31,065 bases of DNA from a virus (Duplodnaviria; Caudoviricetes), in IMG/VR virus record IMGVR_UViG_3300044820_000053, positions 1-31,065 of that record. One strand, written 5' to 3'. The notes beneath the pieces are model-generated. The model was not told the origin of the DNA and did not search any database. It was given only the letters and a program-made list of their open reading frames with translations. Made by a program: the position numbers and the translations under genes. Below are positions 15,628 to 24,069 of the stretch, piece after piece (within the stretch, counting starts at the first letter, position 1; the number at the start of each line of letters is the position of its first letter).

Positions 15628-16343
15628 GCTGCCCTCAGTTGTTTGGCTTTGGCGCGCAGAAACGCGGCGAGCTTCGAGACGGCGCGCTTCTCGATCTGGT
15701 CGATGCGCTGACGGGACACGCCCATCTCAAGCGCCAGCTCGTTCATGGTCGGCTGCTCGTCTTGGTCGCTGAAAAATCGACGCTCGATGACCGCGCGTTC
15801 GTTCGGCTGGAGCCCGGCGATCGCGCTCATCACCACGGCAGATTTCCGCTGCCGGTCGATCGACGCCGCCAGTTCGGTTTCATCGGGCGCGTCCCGATCG
15901 GGGATTGCCTGCATAAGCGACCGGCCCGATGGTGTGGTCGCATCGAGCGGGGCATCGAACTGCAGCGAGGCGTTGCGCAATTGCTCCGCGAACATCCGCT
16001 TGCCGCGGGTCGTGGTCGGATGCGAGACGATGCTGACGTTCCGCATGACGTGGCGGTAAAGCGCGGTTCGCATCCACCAATGGGCATAGGACGCGAAACG
16101 CATCCCGCGCTCGGCATCGAAGGACTCGGCTGCCCTAAGCATCGCCAGGAGCGCTTCTTGAAGAAGATCCTCGCGGTTCCCCATCTTGGCGTATTTGCGC
16201 GCCATGTGGGCGGCGAGCGGAATGTGCGCTTCGATGAGCTGGTCGCGTGCAACGCGATCACCGGCGAGCATCCGGGCGACGATGACCTTCTCTTCGTCTT
16301 CGGTGAGAAACCGGTGCGGCCTGGCTGTTAGAATGTCCTTCAC
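15624..16343 (-). CDS. Phage sigma-70-family sigma factor, RpoH (sigma32)-like (239 aa)
   Basis: GTG 16343 overlaps the RuvC-like stop. Region 1.2 FLTEDEE; region 2 ARDQLIEAH...EDLLQEA...FDAERGMRFASYAHWW; region 4 TMNELALEMGVSRQRIDQIEKRA. Confidence 0.88.
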   Translation of the reverse strand: MKDILTARPHRFLTEDEEKVIVARMLAGDRVARDQLIEAHIPLAAHMARKYAKMGNREDLLQEALLAMLRAAESFDAERGMRFASYAHWWMRTALYRHVMRNVSIVSHPTTTRGKRMFAEQLRNASLQFDAPLDATTPSGRSLMQAIPDRDAPDETELAASIDRQRKSAVVMSAIAGLQPNERAVIERRFFSDQDEQPTMNELALEMGVSRQRIDQIEKRAVSKLAAFLRAKAKQLRAA

Positions 16344-16861
16344 CTGTTGATCCCCCCGAAAAGTGGTGTGGAGGCGAGCGCGCGGCTCGGCTGTTTCAGC
16401 GCGAGCGCGTAATCGAGCAGCGCCAGGGCGTCGGCATCGTTGTCGTCTTTGGTCGGCCAACCGCGGACGCGGCACTGGGCGACGGTGGCCTTCTTCCGCA
16501 GCTCGCTCTTTCGCGGATAGCCCCGGCAGAGGAAGTGCGTGCAGATTTCGGATATGTTCGCCTCGCGGCACACCAGCTTGTGGTCCAGTGCCACCAGCTC
16601 GGTCAGGCCAGCGAGCGAGTACAGCTTGCGGAGTGTGCTGATGCTCGTTTTATCGGGCAGGATCGGGGACTCGAAGATCACTTCGCCCGGCCGGTTGCGC
16701 GCGATCGTGCTTTCGAGCCACTTGCGGAAATATGCGAGGAACATGCCGACATCCTCGCCCGTCTTCGGCAGCTGATAGCTGCTGTGCTCCACCACCCCTT
16801 CGGGGATGGAGCCGCAGGCCCAGCCGGTACAGCTGGCCAAATCGAGGGCGAGGATGCGCAT
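16340..16861 (-). CDS. RuvC-like Holliday junction resolvase
   Basis: MRILALDLASCTGWA, VIFESP and DDNDADALALL catalytic acidic motifs. Confidence 0.85.
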   Translation of the reverse strand: MRILALDLASCTGWACGSIPEGVVEHSSYQLPKTGEDVGMFLAYFRKWLESTIARNRPGEVIFESPILPDKTSISTLRKLYSLAGLTELVALDHKLVCREANISEICTHFLCRGYPRKSELRKKATVAQCRVRGWPTKDDNDADALALLDYALALKQPSRALASTPLFGGINR

Positions 16862-16867
16862 GGTCGA

Positions 16868-17257
16868 TCAATTGACGATCGGTTGACCGTCGACGGGCGC
16901 CGCGTCCTTGCGGGACGCCTTGCCGGCACCGCGCTGCTCGAACACGAAACACATCTGATCGAAGTTTTCCTTCTGATCGTCGCTCAACTTCTCGCGGACG
17001 GCCTCGGCCCGATTTTCCAGCTTCCGTTTCTGGACCACGGCATTGAGTTCCTTGCGCGGGATGTTGTCGTTGTCGTGCGCCTCCTTCTTGATGCGCGCGA
17101 TCTCTTCGTAGTGCGGCCTCGCTTCGTCCGCCGCTGCCGCCATGATGGTGTCGATTTCCGCCTGTTCCGCCTCGATTTGCTTGACGTACTTGGGGGTCTT
17201 CTTGGGATCGAAACCGCCAGTGCGTTCCGAATCCGATGCTGATGCACGCTTAGCCAT
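16868..17257 (-). CDS. GapR/DUF2312-like helical DNA-binding protein (129 aa)
   Basis: GAGGAG SD. YVKQIEAEQAE...EEIARIKKEAH...IPRKELNAVVQKRK resembles the GapR pattern (distant). Confidence 0.5.
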   Translation of the reverse strand: MAKRASASDSERTGGFDPKKTPKYVKQIEAEQAEIDTIMAAAADEARPHYEEIARIKKEAHDNDNIPRKELNAVVQKRKLENRAEAVREKLSDDQKENFDQMCFVFEQRGAGKASRKDAAPVDGQPIVN

Positions 17258-17351
17258 AGTCGTACTCCTCGTGGCATTTCCTGCATCCGCCACTACCCGC
17301 GGGTCTTCGTGGTTCAACCCGGCTCGCGCGACCCGACGCGGCCGATGCAGT

Positions 17352-17558
17352 TCAATGGCCGCGCGCCGTCTCGGCGTCGGCTTGGATGTCTTCGTCTGCC
17401 AGCTCACGGCGCAGCGCGCGGAGCTGTTTCAGCGCTTCGTCACGCACAGCGTCACGCCGCGCGGAGGGATTGGATGCGAACTCGATGCGATTGACCTGGT
17501 CCGCGATGATGTTGGCCCTGCCTTCGATCGACATTTTCGTCGGCGCGTCGGCCATCAT
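17352..17558 (-). CDS. Hypothetical protein (68 aa)
   Basis: ATGA overlap with the upstream gene; helical composition. Confidence 0.6.
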   Translation of the reverse strand: MMADAPTKMSIEGRANIIADQVNRIEFASNPSARRDAVRDEALKQLRALRRELADEDIQADAETARGH

Positions 17559-17920
17559 TCGCCTCGCAGCAGTCGCGTCAGGATCGCGCGTGCGGCGGAA
17601 CCTTCAGGACCAGGTTGAGATGAGACGTATTGCAGACCAGCAATGACCGCGTTGATCGCTTGAGGGTCGCCCATGACTTCGCCAATCACCCAGCCGCCAA
17701 TCGACGGGATCGAGCGCGCCATGTTGATGGTCTTGGCGAGATTGGGGCAGCTACGGGCCGCCTTCCACTTCTTGCCTGCTTCTTTCGTGGCGTTTGCGCC
17801 TTGTGCGAGCTCGCCCACCTCGAACCGAATGATGACCGCTGCGAAGCGTTCTGCCACTTCCCGCTCTGTCACCGGCGGCGAAACAACTTTTGTCCTCGCC
17901 GTTAATCTTGTTGTTGCCAT
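17555..17920 (-). CDS. HTH-like regulator in the cII position (121 aa)
   Basis: ELAQGANATKEAGKKWKAARSCP HTH-like segment; first gene after cro. The track start at 18157 crosses structured non-coding DNA and was not used. Confidence 0.55.
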   Translation of the reverse strand: MATTRLTARTKVVSPPVTEREVAERFAAVIIRFEVGELAQGANATKEAGKKWKAARSCPNLAKTINMARSIPSIGGWVIGEVMGDPQAINAVIAGLQYVSSQPGPEGSAARAILTRLLRGE

Positions 17921-18287
17921 CCCAATGACCCCATCGTTCGTCCGCCTCGCGTGTCCCGCGTGGCTCATACCCGCTGAATTGGCGCTCGACTGCTTATTGG
18001 CCGAGCGTCCTTTTTCTGGTGTGAGACAGCGGCGCGCCTGGTTGGCGGGGGGGCTTGTCAGACGCGCCGCTGCTGCACTCGCGATGTGGACGCCGATCGA
18101 GCGCTTGGAGGTCACGCCCTGACCGAACACGTCGCGGTGTTGGAGATGAGGCATCATGGCGATGCACTCGAATTGGAGCCCTCGACGGCAGCGGCCATGC
18201 CAAGCGGCTCGCCGCCGAGGGAAACGCCCTGCCGCTCTCGCGACTTGGGCGGGACTGAGAACCTGTGCTGTTGCCCCCCATCACGCA

Positions 18288-18554
18288 TCACGCCGCCTCT
18301 TGCACCGGTGGGGGAACGAAGTCGGCGGGCCACAGATCGGGGCGGAGCTGGTGACAGCTCACGCGGCGTCCGAGCTTGGAGGTCATGCGATCAATCGGAA
18401 TGCACCACTCAGCTGTCACACAGTCGGCCTTCGTCAGCGCGTAATTGACGGAGGGCTGCTTGACGCCGACGACGGCCGCGAGCGCGGCTTGGCTGCCGAT
18501 GATGTCCTTGGCGAGGCGCAAGGCCTCAATGCCGGTGAGAAATTGCGAATCCAT
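18288..18554 (-). CDS. cro: Cro-like repressor (YdaS family, 88 aa)
   Basis: GSQAALAAVVGVKQPSV HTH and VSCHQLRPDLW C-terminus; divergent from cI. Confidence 0.88.
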   Translation of the reverse strand: MDSQFLTGIEALRLAKDIIGSQAALAAVVGVKQPSVNYALTKADCVTAEWCIPIDRMTSKLGRRVSCHQLRPDLWPADFVPPPVQEAA

Positions 18555-18567
18555 AGTTTGGCATTCA

Positions 18568-18630
18568 ATAGAATTTTCTATCGTCTTGTCAATAGAAAGA
18601 CCTATCAATGCGAATTATAAGAATTTCTAT
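18568..18630. promoter_or_regulatory. oR-like triple operator with divergent pR/pRM promoters
   Basis: ATAGAATTTTCTAT (18568), ATAGAAAGACCTAT (18592), ATAAGAATTTCTAT (18617). Minus-strand TTGACA at 18592-18587; plus-strand TATAGT at 18628-18633. Confidence 0.85.
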
Positions 18631-18642
18631 AGTATTGGCCGT

Positions 18643-19332
18643 ATGAGGACCCTCGGCCAACGCATTGAGTTGACGCTAGAAAAGCGGCGCATGAGCCAAC
18701 ACGCGCTCGCCAAAGAGGTCGGCATCACCCAGCCGTCCATCAACGCGATCATCAAAGGCAAGGCCAAGGGCACGAAGCACATCTACAAGATCGCCACGAC
18801 GCTGCGGGTGTCGCCGGAGTGGCTGCTTTACGAGGAAGGCACGGGGCCCGACGACAGCCAGGGCTTTGCAGCGTCGGCACGCGGAACATCCGCCGGCACG
18901 CCGCCGCGCCCTGCTCCGAGCTCAACCGTTCTTTTGGAAACCCTGCCGATCTTGGGAACCGCCGAAGGCGGCCCTGACGGGTTGCTCGAATGGAATGGCG
19001 ACGTGATCGATCGCATCCCGCGCCCGCCCTACCTCGCGGACGCAAAGGATGCCTATGCGCTCTATGTGACCGGCACGTCGATGGAGCCGCGCTATCGTCA
19101 GGGCGAGCTGATCTATGTCCACCCCGGGCGGCCAGCGACACCGGGATCGTTCGTCGTGGTCCAGTTTCACAAGGACGGCGCCACGCCGATGCCCTCGGCA
19201 CTGGTCAAGCAATTCGTCCGCCGCGATGACCGTCAGGTTGTTTTACACCAGCTCAACCCAGATAAAGACCTGAAGATCCAGATCGCGCAGGTCAAAGCGG
19301 TCCATCGGATCGTCGGCAGCAGCGAGTCATAG
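18643..19332 (+). CDS. cI: CI-like repressor (XRE HTH + S24 autopeptidase, 229 aa)
   Basis: MSQHALAKEVGITQPSI HTH; VTGTSMEP (Ser) and ALVKQF (Lys) dyad. No SD and a -10 about 10 bp upstream, so probably near-leaderless. Confidence 0.93.
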   Translation: MRTLGQRIELTLEKRRMSQHALAKEVGITQPSINAIIKGKAKGTKHIYKIATTLRVSPEWLLYEEGTGPDDSQGFAASARGTSAGTPPRPAPSSTVLLETLPILGTAEGGPDGLLEWNGDVIDRIPRPPYLADAKDAYALYVTGTSMEPRYRQGELIYVHPGRPATPGSFVVVQFHKDGATPMPSALVKQFVRRDDRQVVLHQLNPDKDLKIQIAQVKAVHRIVGSSES

Positions 19333-19334
19333 CG

Positions 19335-19511
19335 CTAAGCGCGCTTCTTGCGATCTTGCTCTTCTGCACGAAGGCCGCGAGCCACTAGCCGACGAATAGC
19401 CTCAGCGCGCGACGGGATGTCGGTCTGCTCGCGGCGCCAATCATCAACGTCACGAAGAAACTGATCGGATACCCGCATATGGAGTGCGGGCGGCTCGTCT
19501 GGTTTGGCCAT
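19335..19511 (-). CDS. Ribbon-helix-helix DNA-binding protein (58 aa)
   Basis: LHMRVSDQFLRDVDDWRREQTDIPSRAEAIRRLVARGL. Confidence 0.8.
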   Translation of the reverse strand: MAKPDEPPALHMRVSDQFLRDVDDWRREQTDIPSRAEAIRRLVARGLRAEEQDRKKRA

Positions 19512-19657
19512 GTTGCGGGAATACCGGAGATACATGCGGCAGCAAGTAGCCACAGGAACACACGGTATGTTGTGTGCAGGTTGGTCAACGTGTGGCTTCG
19601 CCTCCCGCTGAGGTTGACACTTCGCATCCCTTGTATCGGGAAATTGGGGGGTATGAA

Positions 19658-19945
19658 GTGGCATCTTCAAGGAAATGCACAAGAAAACAGGTCAGGCGTC
19701 CAACCAAATTGCAGCTCGAAATCGATCGGTTGGGGGTGACGATCCTTGAGCGGATCGTGGAGGGATTGATCGACGTGATCGACCAGGCCGAGGGCGACAC
19801 GGACCTGGAGGACGGCGCCGAATCAGAACCGGATGCAGACGACGGGCCATGCGCTTTTTGCTGGGTTGGCGGCGGCGAAGGGCGGGAAACCGCTCCCCGC
19901 CGCAGGCGTCAGCACCGAGCAAGCGCGAGGCGTCCATCGACCTGA
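19658..19945 (+). CDS. Hypothetical protein with acidic DGDxDLE-type motif (~95 aa)
   Basis: LERIVEGLIDVIDQAEGDTDLED motif; GTG start after GGGGGG. The start is uncertain. Confidence 0.45.
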   Translation: MASSRKCTRKQVRRPTKLQLEIDRLGVTILERIVEGLIDVIDQAEGDTDLEDGAESEPDADDGPCAFCWVGGGEGRETAPRRRRQHRASARRPST

Positions 19946-20003
19946 TTCCGTTGAAAAACCGCCTTTGGGGCGCTCGGCGCCCTGATAAACGACGGGATTG
20001 TTG

Positions 20004-20046
20004 ATAGATTTCTCTATTGACTGACTGATAGATATTTCTATACCCT
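20004..20046 (+). promoter_or_regulatory. oL-like double operator overlapping pL
   Basis: ATAGATTTCTCTAT (20004) and ATAGATATTTCTAT (20028), the same consensus as oR and 24 bp apart. TTGACT at 20017-20022 and TATACC/TACCCT at ~20039-20046. Confidence 0.85.
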
Positions 20047-20088
20047 CCAACACGTCCCAGGAATCACCGGGATTTGGAGGCAACAAAA

Positions 20089-21261
20089 ATGATCATTTTC
20101 GAGAACGAAGGGCTGATCGACCCGATGGCGATTGCCACCTTCGGCGTGAACGCGAAGGAGAGCGAGAACCCGATCGGCTTTTTCGGCACTGGGCTCAAAT
20201 ACGCGATCGCTGTCATTGTTCGCACCGGTCAAGGCATCACGATCTGGCGGGGGCTGGACAAGTACGAGTTCGGCATCCTGCATCACGAGCTGCGCGGAAA
20301 GACTTTCGCAGTTGTGACGATGAACGGTCAGCCGCTTGGCTTCACAACCGAACTCGGCAAGCAGTGGGAGGTCTGGCAGGCATTCCGCGAGCTGTGGTGC
20401 AATTGCCAAGATGAAGGCGGCCGCGCGTACAAGGCCAACAGCTACGAACCCGGCGAAGGTAAGACTGGCGTGGTCGTGGTCGGGCAAGAGTTCGCCAACG
20501 CCTACGATGCTCGCTCTCGCACTATCCTCGACACCGACCCGGTCTTGAGCCTTCCTGGCGTTGACGTCCATGCCGGGCGGTCACAGACAATTTTCTATCG
20601 CGGCATCGCGGTGGCAATTTCCGAAAGGCCTTGCCTCCACACCTACAACATCACCAGCCAGCTCGACCTCACCGAAGACCGGACGCTTCGCTATGGATGG
20701 AAGCCGGCCGAAGTCGTCGCACAAGCCCTGCAGACTTGCGACCGGCAGACCTTCATCGAGGAGTGCTTGCGCGCGCCCGAAGGCAGTTTTGAAAGCTCCA
20801 TCGACTTCATCTTCCACGGGACAAAGCCCCAGTCGGCATTTCTCGAAGCCGTGAAGAAGGTGAGCAGCACCGACCGCGAGCGTATCAACAAGAGCGCCGT
20901 GCGCCAGGCCGAGCGCCACATGCCACTGCCACCGATCCAAGAAATGCGCTTGAATGAGGTGCAGCAGGAACAGCTCACCAGGGCCAGCGGCTTCCTCAAG
21001 CGGCTCGGCTACCAGTTCGACCGATACAACATCAAGTTTGTCGAAACGCTCGGTCGCGGCGTGTTCGGCACGGCCGACAACGGCACCATCACCATCACCC
21101 GCGAAGCCTTCCTCGGTGGCACCAAGCAGCTCGCCATCACGCTTATCGAAGAGTTCTTCCACCTGGCGCATGACGTACCCGATGAGACGCGCGCCTTTCA
21201 GGAGCGCGTCCTGCATGAGTTTATCTCGCTGGGCGAACGGTATGTGGGGGCGCCGCTCTGA
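20089..21261 (+). CDS. GHKL (HATPase)-like ATPase with permuted motif order and C-terminal zincin-like EExxH segment (390 aa)
   Basis: GGAGG SD. IGFFGTGLK (aa 29-37) precedes FRELWCNCQD (aa 99-108); TLIEEFFHL near the C-terminus. Confidence 0.65.
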   Translation: MIIFENEGLIDPMAIATFGVNAKESENPIGFFGTGLKYAIAVIVRTGQGITIWRGLDKYEFGILHHELRGKTFAVVTMNGQPLGFTTELGKQWEVWQAFRELWCNCQDEGGRAYKANSYEPGEGKTGVVVVGQEFANAYDARSRTILDTDPVLSLPGVDVHAGRSQTIFYRGIAVAISERPCLHTYNITSQLDLTEDRTLRYGWKPAEVVAQALQTCDRQTFIEECLRAPEGSFESSIDFIFHGTKPQSAFLEAVKKVSSTDRERINKSAVRQAERHMPLPPIQEMRLNEVQQEQLTRASGFLKRLGYQFDRYNIKFVETLGRGVFGTADNGTITITREAFLGGTKQLAITLIEEFFHLAHDVPDETRAFQERVLHEFISLGERYVGAPL

Positions 21262-21704
21262 TGACATACCGCGACCTCCCACCCCTTTTCGCCAGCGAGC
21301 AGCGCACCTGCAGTAAGTGCGAAATCCCGCTGTACGACGGCGTCGATGATGACCTTCGGGACGGTGATGACGAATACTGCGATCGGTGCGCCGAGCCTTA
21401 CATCATCGACGCCATGACCGAGTTGTTCGAGGGGCTGGCCGATGTCTTGCCTCCATCGATCTTTGAAGCGCATGGCGCGCGCATGGTCGCGATGTACGAC
21501 GGCGCGCAGATCAACGATCTGCGCGAACACGTCGAGGTCCATTTCAACAAGCCGCCGCGGCGGGGCGTCATCGGCGCCCTCGTCTATGGTCACGGCTTCC
21601 GCCGTCACACCCACCGCTCCTATTGGGCAGCATCCAAGCCCGACGCGATCTTCGCCGCGCAAGGCGTGCTCGCTGAGTTCGGTTACCGGGAGAACCAACA
21701 ATGA
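21261..21704 (+). CDS. Hypothetical protein with CxxC...CxxC Zn finger
   Basis: TGATG coupling; CSKC...YCDRC. Confidence 0.7.
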   Translation: MTYRDLPPLFASEQRTCSKCEIPLYDGVDDDLRDGDDEYCDRCAEPYIIDAMTELFEGLADVLPPSIFEAHGARMVAMYDGAQINDLREHVEVHFNKPPRRGVIGALVYGHGFRRHTHRSYWAASKPDAIFAAQGVLAEFGYRENQQ

Positions 21705-22036
21705 CCAGCAAGGTGCTGACCATCTTCATTAATCAGGCGCGGACCGTCACACCGAATTTCAAGGACGATTGGCACGACGCCTGCAGCGGTCACCAAGAAC
21801 TCTACGAGGCGATTACATGCAGTGAACGCTCGCAAGCCGCACTCGACGGCAGCGATCAGCGCGAGAACGCGCGGTTTCTGCACGACTTGGTCGAATTGCA
21901 GCTCGCTCCTTTCGGCCCCGATGCTCACCTCGAACATCGGGTGGTCCGCCGCACGATCACGGCCGTAGACGAAGTTGTCGATGGCGTCGGCGCCGAACTG
22001 CCGACAGCCGACGTTCCAACCCACGGAGTCCAGTGA
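21701..22036 (+). CDS. Hypothetical protein (111 aa)
   Basis: ATGA coupling and GGAG SD. Confidence 0.7.
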   Translation: MTSKVLTIFINQARTVTPNFKDDWHDACSGHQELYEAITCSERSQAALDGSDQRENARFLHDLVELQLAPFGPDAHLEHRVVRRTITAVDEVVDGVGAELPTADVPTHGVQ

Positions 22037-22233
22037 TGACCACGCTGGAAGAAGGCATCGCCTCGATCATGCGCACCCGATGCTACGAGCCTCCGGCACT
22101 TCCCCGCCGCGTGCCGGTTCGCACCCGCGTCCTTCGCCTCATCAGCACGATCGCCAGGCAGCTTACGCCGACCGGCTGGTCGCTCGTGTTCGCAGCCATC
22201 GCGGTCGGCGCAACATTGGGGTTTATCCTATGA
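22033..22233 (+). CDS. Small protein with C-terminal transmembrane helix
   Basis: Coupled at both ends; WSLVFAAIAVGATLGFIL hydrophobic tail. Confidence 0.65.
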   Translation: MMTTLEEGIASIMRTRCYEPPALPRRVPVRTRVLRLISTIARQLTPTGWSLVFAAIAVGATLGFIL

Positions 22234-22781
22234 ACGCTGAACAAGCACTGTCGAAAGAGGTGGCCGCCGCCCGTGCGCTTCACGCGGCAATGGCCTTGGT
22301 GGTCGGGGACGACGTTGAAACGCTCCGCGACACCATCGAAGGCGAAACCAACCTGCACGACGCCATTCAGGACGTGATCGGCTCGGTCCGCGAGGACGAA
22401 ATCCTCGTGGCCGGCCTGACCACCATCATCGCCGACCTCGAACAGCGGAAGGGCCGTCTGTCTGAGCGGATCGCGCGCAAACGGGCCGCGATCGAACAGG
22501 CGATGCAGATTGGCGAGCTGAAGAAGCTCGAACTGCCCGACTGCACGCTGTCGCTCAAGTCGGTCCCGCCGAAGGTCGAAATCACGGACGAGGCCCTAAT
22601 CCCGGGCAGGTTCTTCAAGAAGCAGGACCCGACCCTCGACAAGAAGGCACTGGCCGACGCCCTCAAACAGCAGGTCACCGACATCGCCTCGGCCATCAAA
22701 GAGGGTCGCGAGCCACCAGCACCAATTGCCGGCGCGCAGCTCGGTAACGGCGGCATCGCGTTGCAGATCAGGAGGTCCTAA
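22230..22781 (+). CDS. Siphovirus Gp157-family protein (183 aa)
   Basis: DTIEGETNL, coiled coil, TLSL...KVEITDEALIP..FF....PTLDKKAL...GAQL.NGG..LQIR. Confidence 0.85.
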   Translation: MNAEQALSKEVAAARALHAAMALVVGDDVETLRDTIEGETNLHDAIQDVIGSVREDEILVAGLTTIIADLEQRKGRLSERIARKRAAIEQAMQIGELKKLELPDCTLSLKSVPPKVEITDEALIPGRFFKKQDPTLDKKALADALKQQVTDIASAIKEGREPPAPIAGAQLGNGGIALQIRRS

Positions 22782-23725
22782 TGAACCAGATGGTCCCTGT
22801 TCGATCGGCAACGCCGACGCTGGCGTATTCCGGCCCGCAGCTCGAACTCATCAAGCGCACTGTCGCGGCAGACTGCAACGACAACGAGTTCAATCTATTC
22901 ATCGAGGTCGCCAAACGTGTCGCCCTCGATCCGTTCCGCCGTCAGATTTACGCGGTAGTCTACAATAAGGACAAGCCCGACAAGCGGCGCATGTCCATCA
23001 TCACCGGCATCGACGGCTACCGTGCCGTGTCGGCGCGCACCGGTCGCTATCGTCCAGACGAACAGGCGCCGGTATTCACCTACAATGATGCGCTCAAGAA
23101 CCCCGACCTCAATCCGCTCGGCCTCGAGAAGTGCACTGCCCGTATCTTCATCCTCGGCGCCGATGAGCAGTGGTACCCGGTATCGAACGAAGCCTACTGG
23201 GAAGAATACGCGCCGCTGACAGAGGCGTGGGAAGGACCGTCCGGCCAGCGTAAACCCACGGGCAAGTTCGAACTCGATAAGCGCTCCAAGTGGTTCACCA
23301 TGGGTCGCGTCATGCTGGCGAAGTGCGCCGAGGCTGGCTGTCACCGCAAGGCATACCCGGAGGATTTGTCGGGCGTCTATATCGCGGAGGAAATGGATCA
23401 GGCGCGCGTCGCTGACATGACGGCGACTGACCAGCTCGAGGAGCACGCCCGCGACCAGCGGATGCTACTGACCCGCGCCAACGACACCGTCTGCATTGTC
23501 TGGGACCCCGGCAAGCCGATGGAGGCCGTTCCGATCGACCAGTTTGCCGATGAAGTCGAAAAGCGACTGCCCCTGTTCACTTCGGTCGCCGATTTGGTGG
23601 GCTGGCGCGAGACCAACAAGGTCGGCTTGAACCACTTCTGGGCGAAGAACAAATCGGACGCGCTGCAGCTTAAGAAGATGATCGAAGCGCGGGAGGCCGA
23701 GCTTCGCAGCGGGAGCGCGCAATGA
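22781..23725 (+). CDS. bet: Phage single-strand annealing recombinase (Bet/RecT family)
   Basis: LDPFRRQIY, IITGIDGYR, MLAKCAEA...RKAYPEDLSGVYIAEEMDQA. Confidence 0.92.
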   Translation: MNQMVPVRSATPTLAYSGPQLELIKRTVAADCNDNEFNLFIEVAKRVALDPFRRQIYAVVYNKDKPDKRRMSIITGIDGYRAVSARTGRYRPDEQAPVFTYNDALKNPDLNPLGLEKCTARIFILGADEQWYPVSNEAYWEEYAPLTEAWEGPSGQRKPTGKFELDKRSKWFTMGRVMLAKCAEAGCHRKAYPEDLSGVYIAEEMDQARVADMTATDQLEEHARDQRMLLTRANDTVCIVWDPGKPMEAVPIDQFADEVEKRLPLFTSVADLVGWRETNKVGLNHFWAKNKSDALQLKKMIEAREAELRSGSAQ

Positions 23726-24069
23726 ACGATCGCGTCCCGGGGATCAAAGAAAGAGAACTGGAAAAGCTGGGCACCTGCCCGATTTGCGGACAAGTCATCC
23801 TCAAAGGTGGCGAGCTCACTTTCTATCGGCTGCGGATCGAGCGCGCGATCTGGGACCCGGCGGCGATCCAGCGCCGCGCCGGTCTCAGCATGATGCTCGG
23901 CAATTCCGCGCTCGCGGCCGTCATGGGACCAGACGAAGACCTCGCCAAGGTGTTCACCGGCCCCATCGAAGTCGTCGTGCACGAGTCCTGCACTGAAAGC
24001 GCCTTCCTGCTGGCCCGCATCTGTGAAGCGCGAGCTGAGCAAGACGAACCGGAGGCGGCGGCAGAATGA
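23722..24069 (+). CDS. Hypothetical protein with CPICG...HESC metal-binding motif
   Basis: ATGA coupling at both ends. Confidence 0.7.
   Translation: MNDRVPGIKERELEKLGTCPICGQVILKGGELTFYRLRIERAIWDPAAIQRRAGLSMMLGNSALAAVMGPDEDLAKVFTGPIEVVVHESCTESAFLLARICEARAEQDEPEAAAE

Noticed and set aside
18288-18554. YdaS/YdaT toxin-antitoxin pair
   Set aside because: Position opposite cI with shared operators identifies it as Cro.
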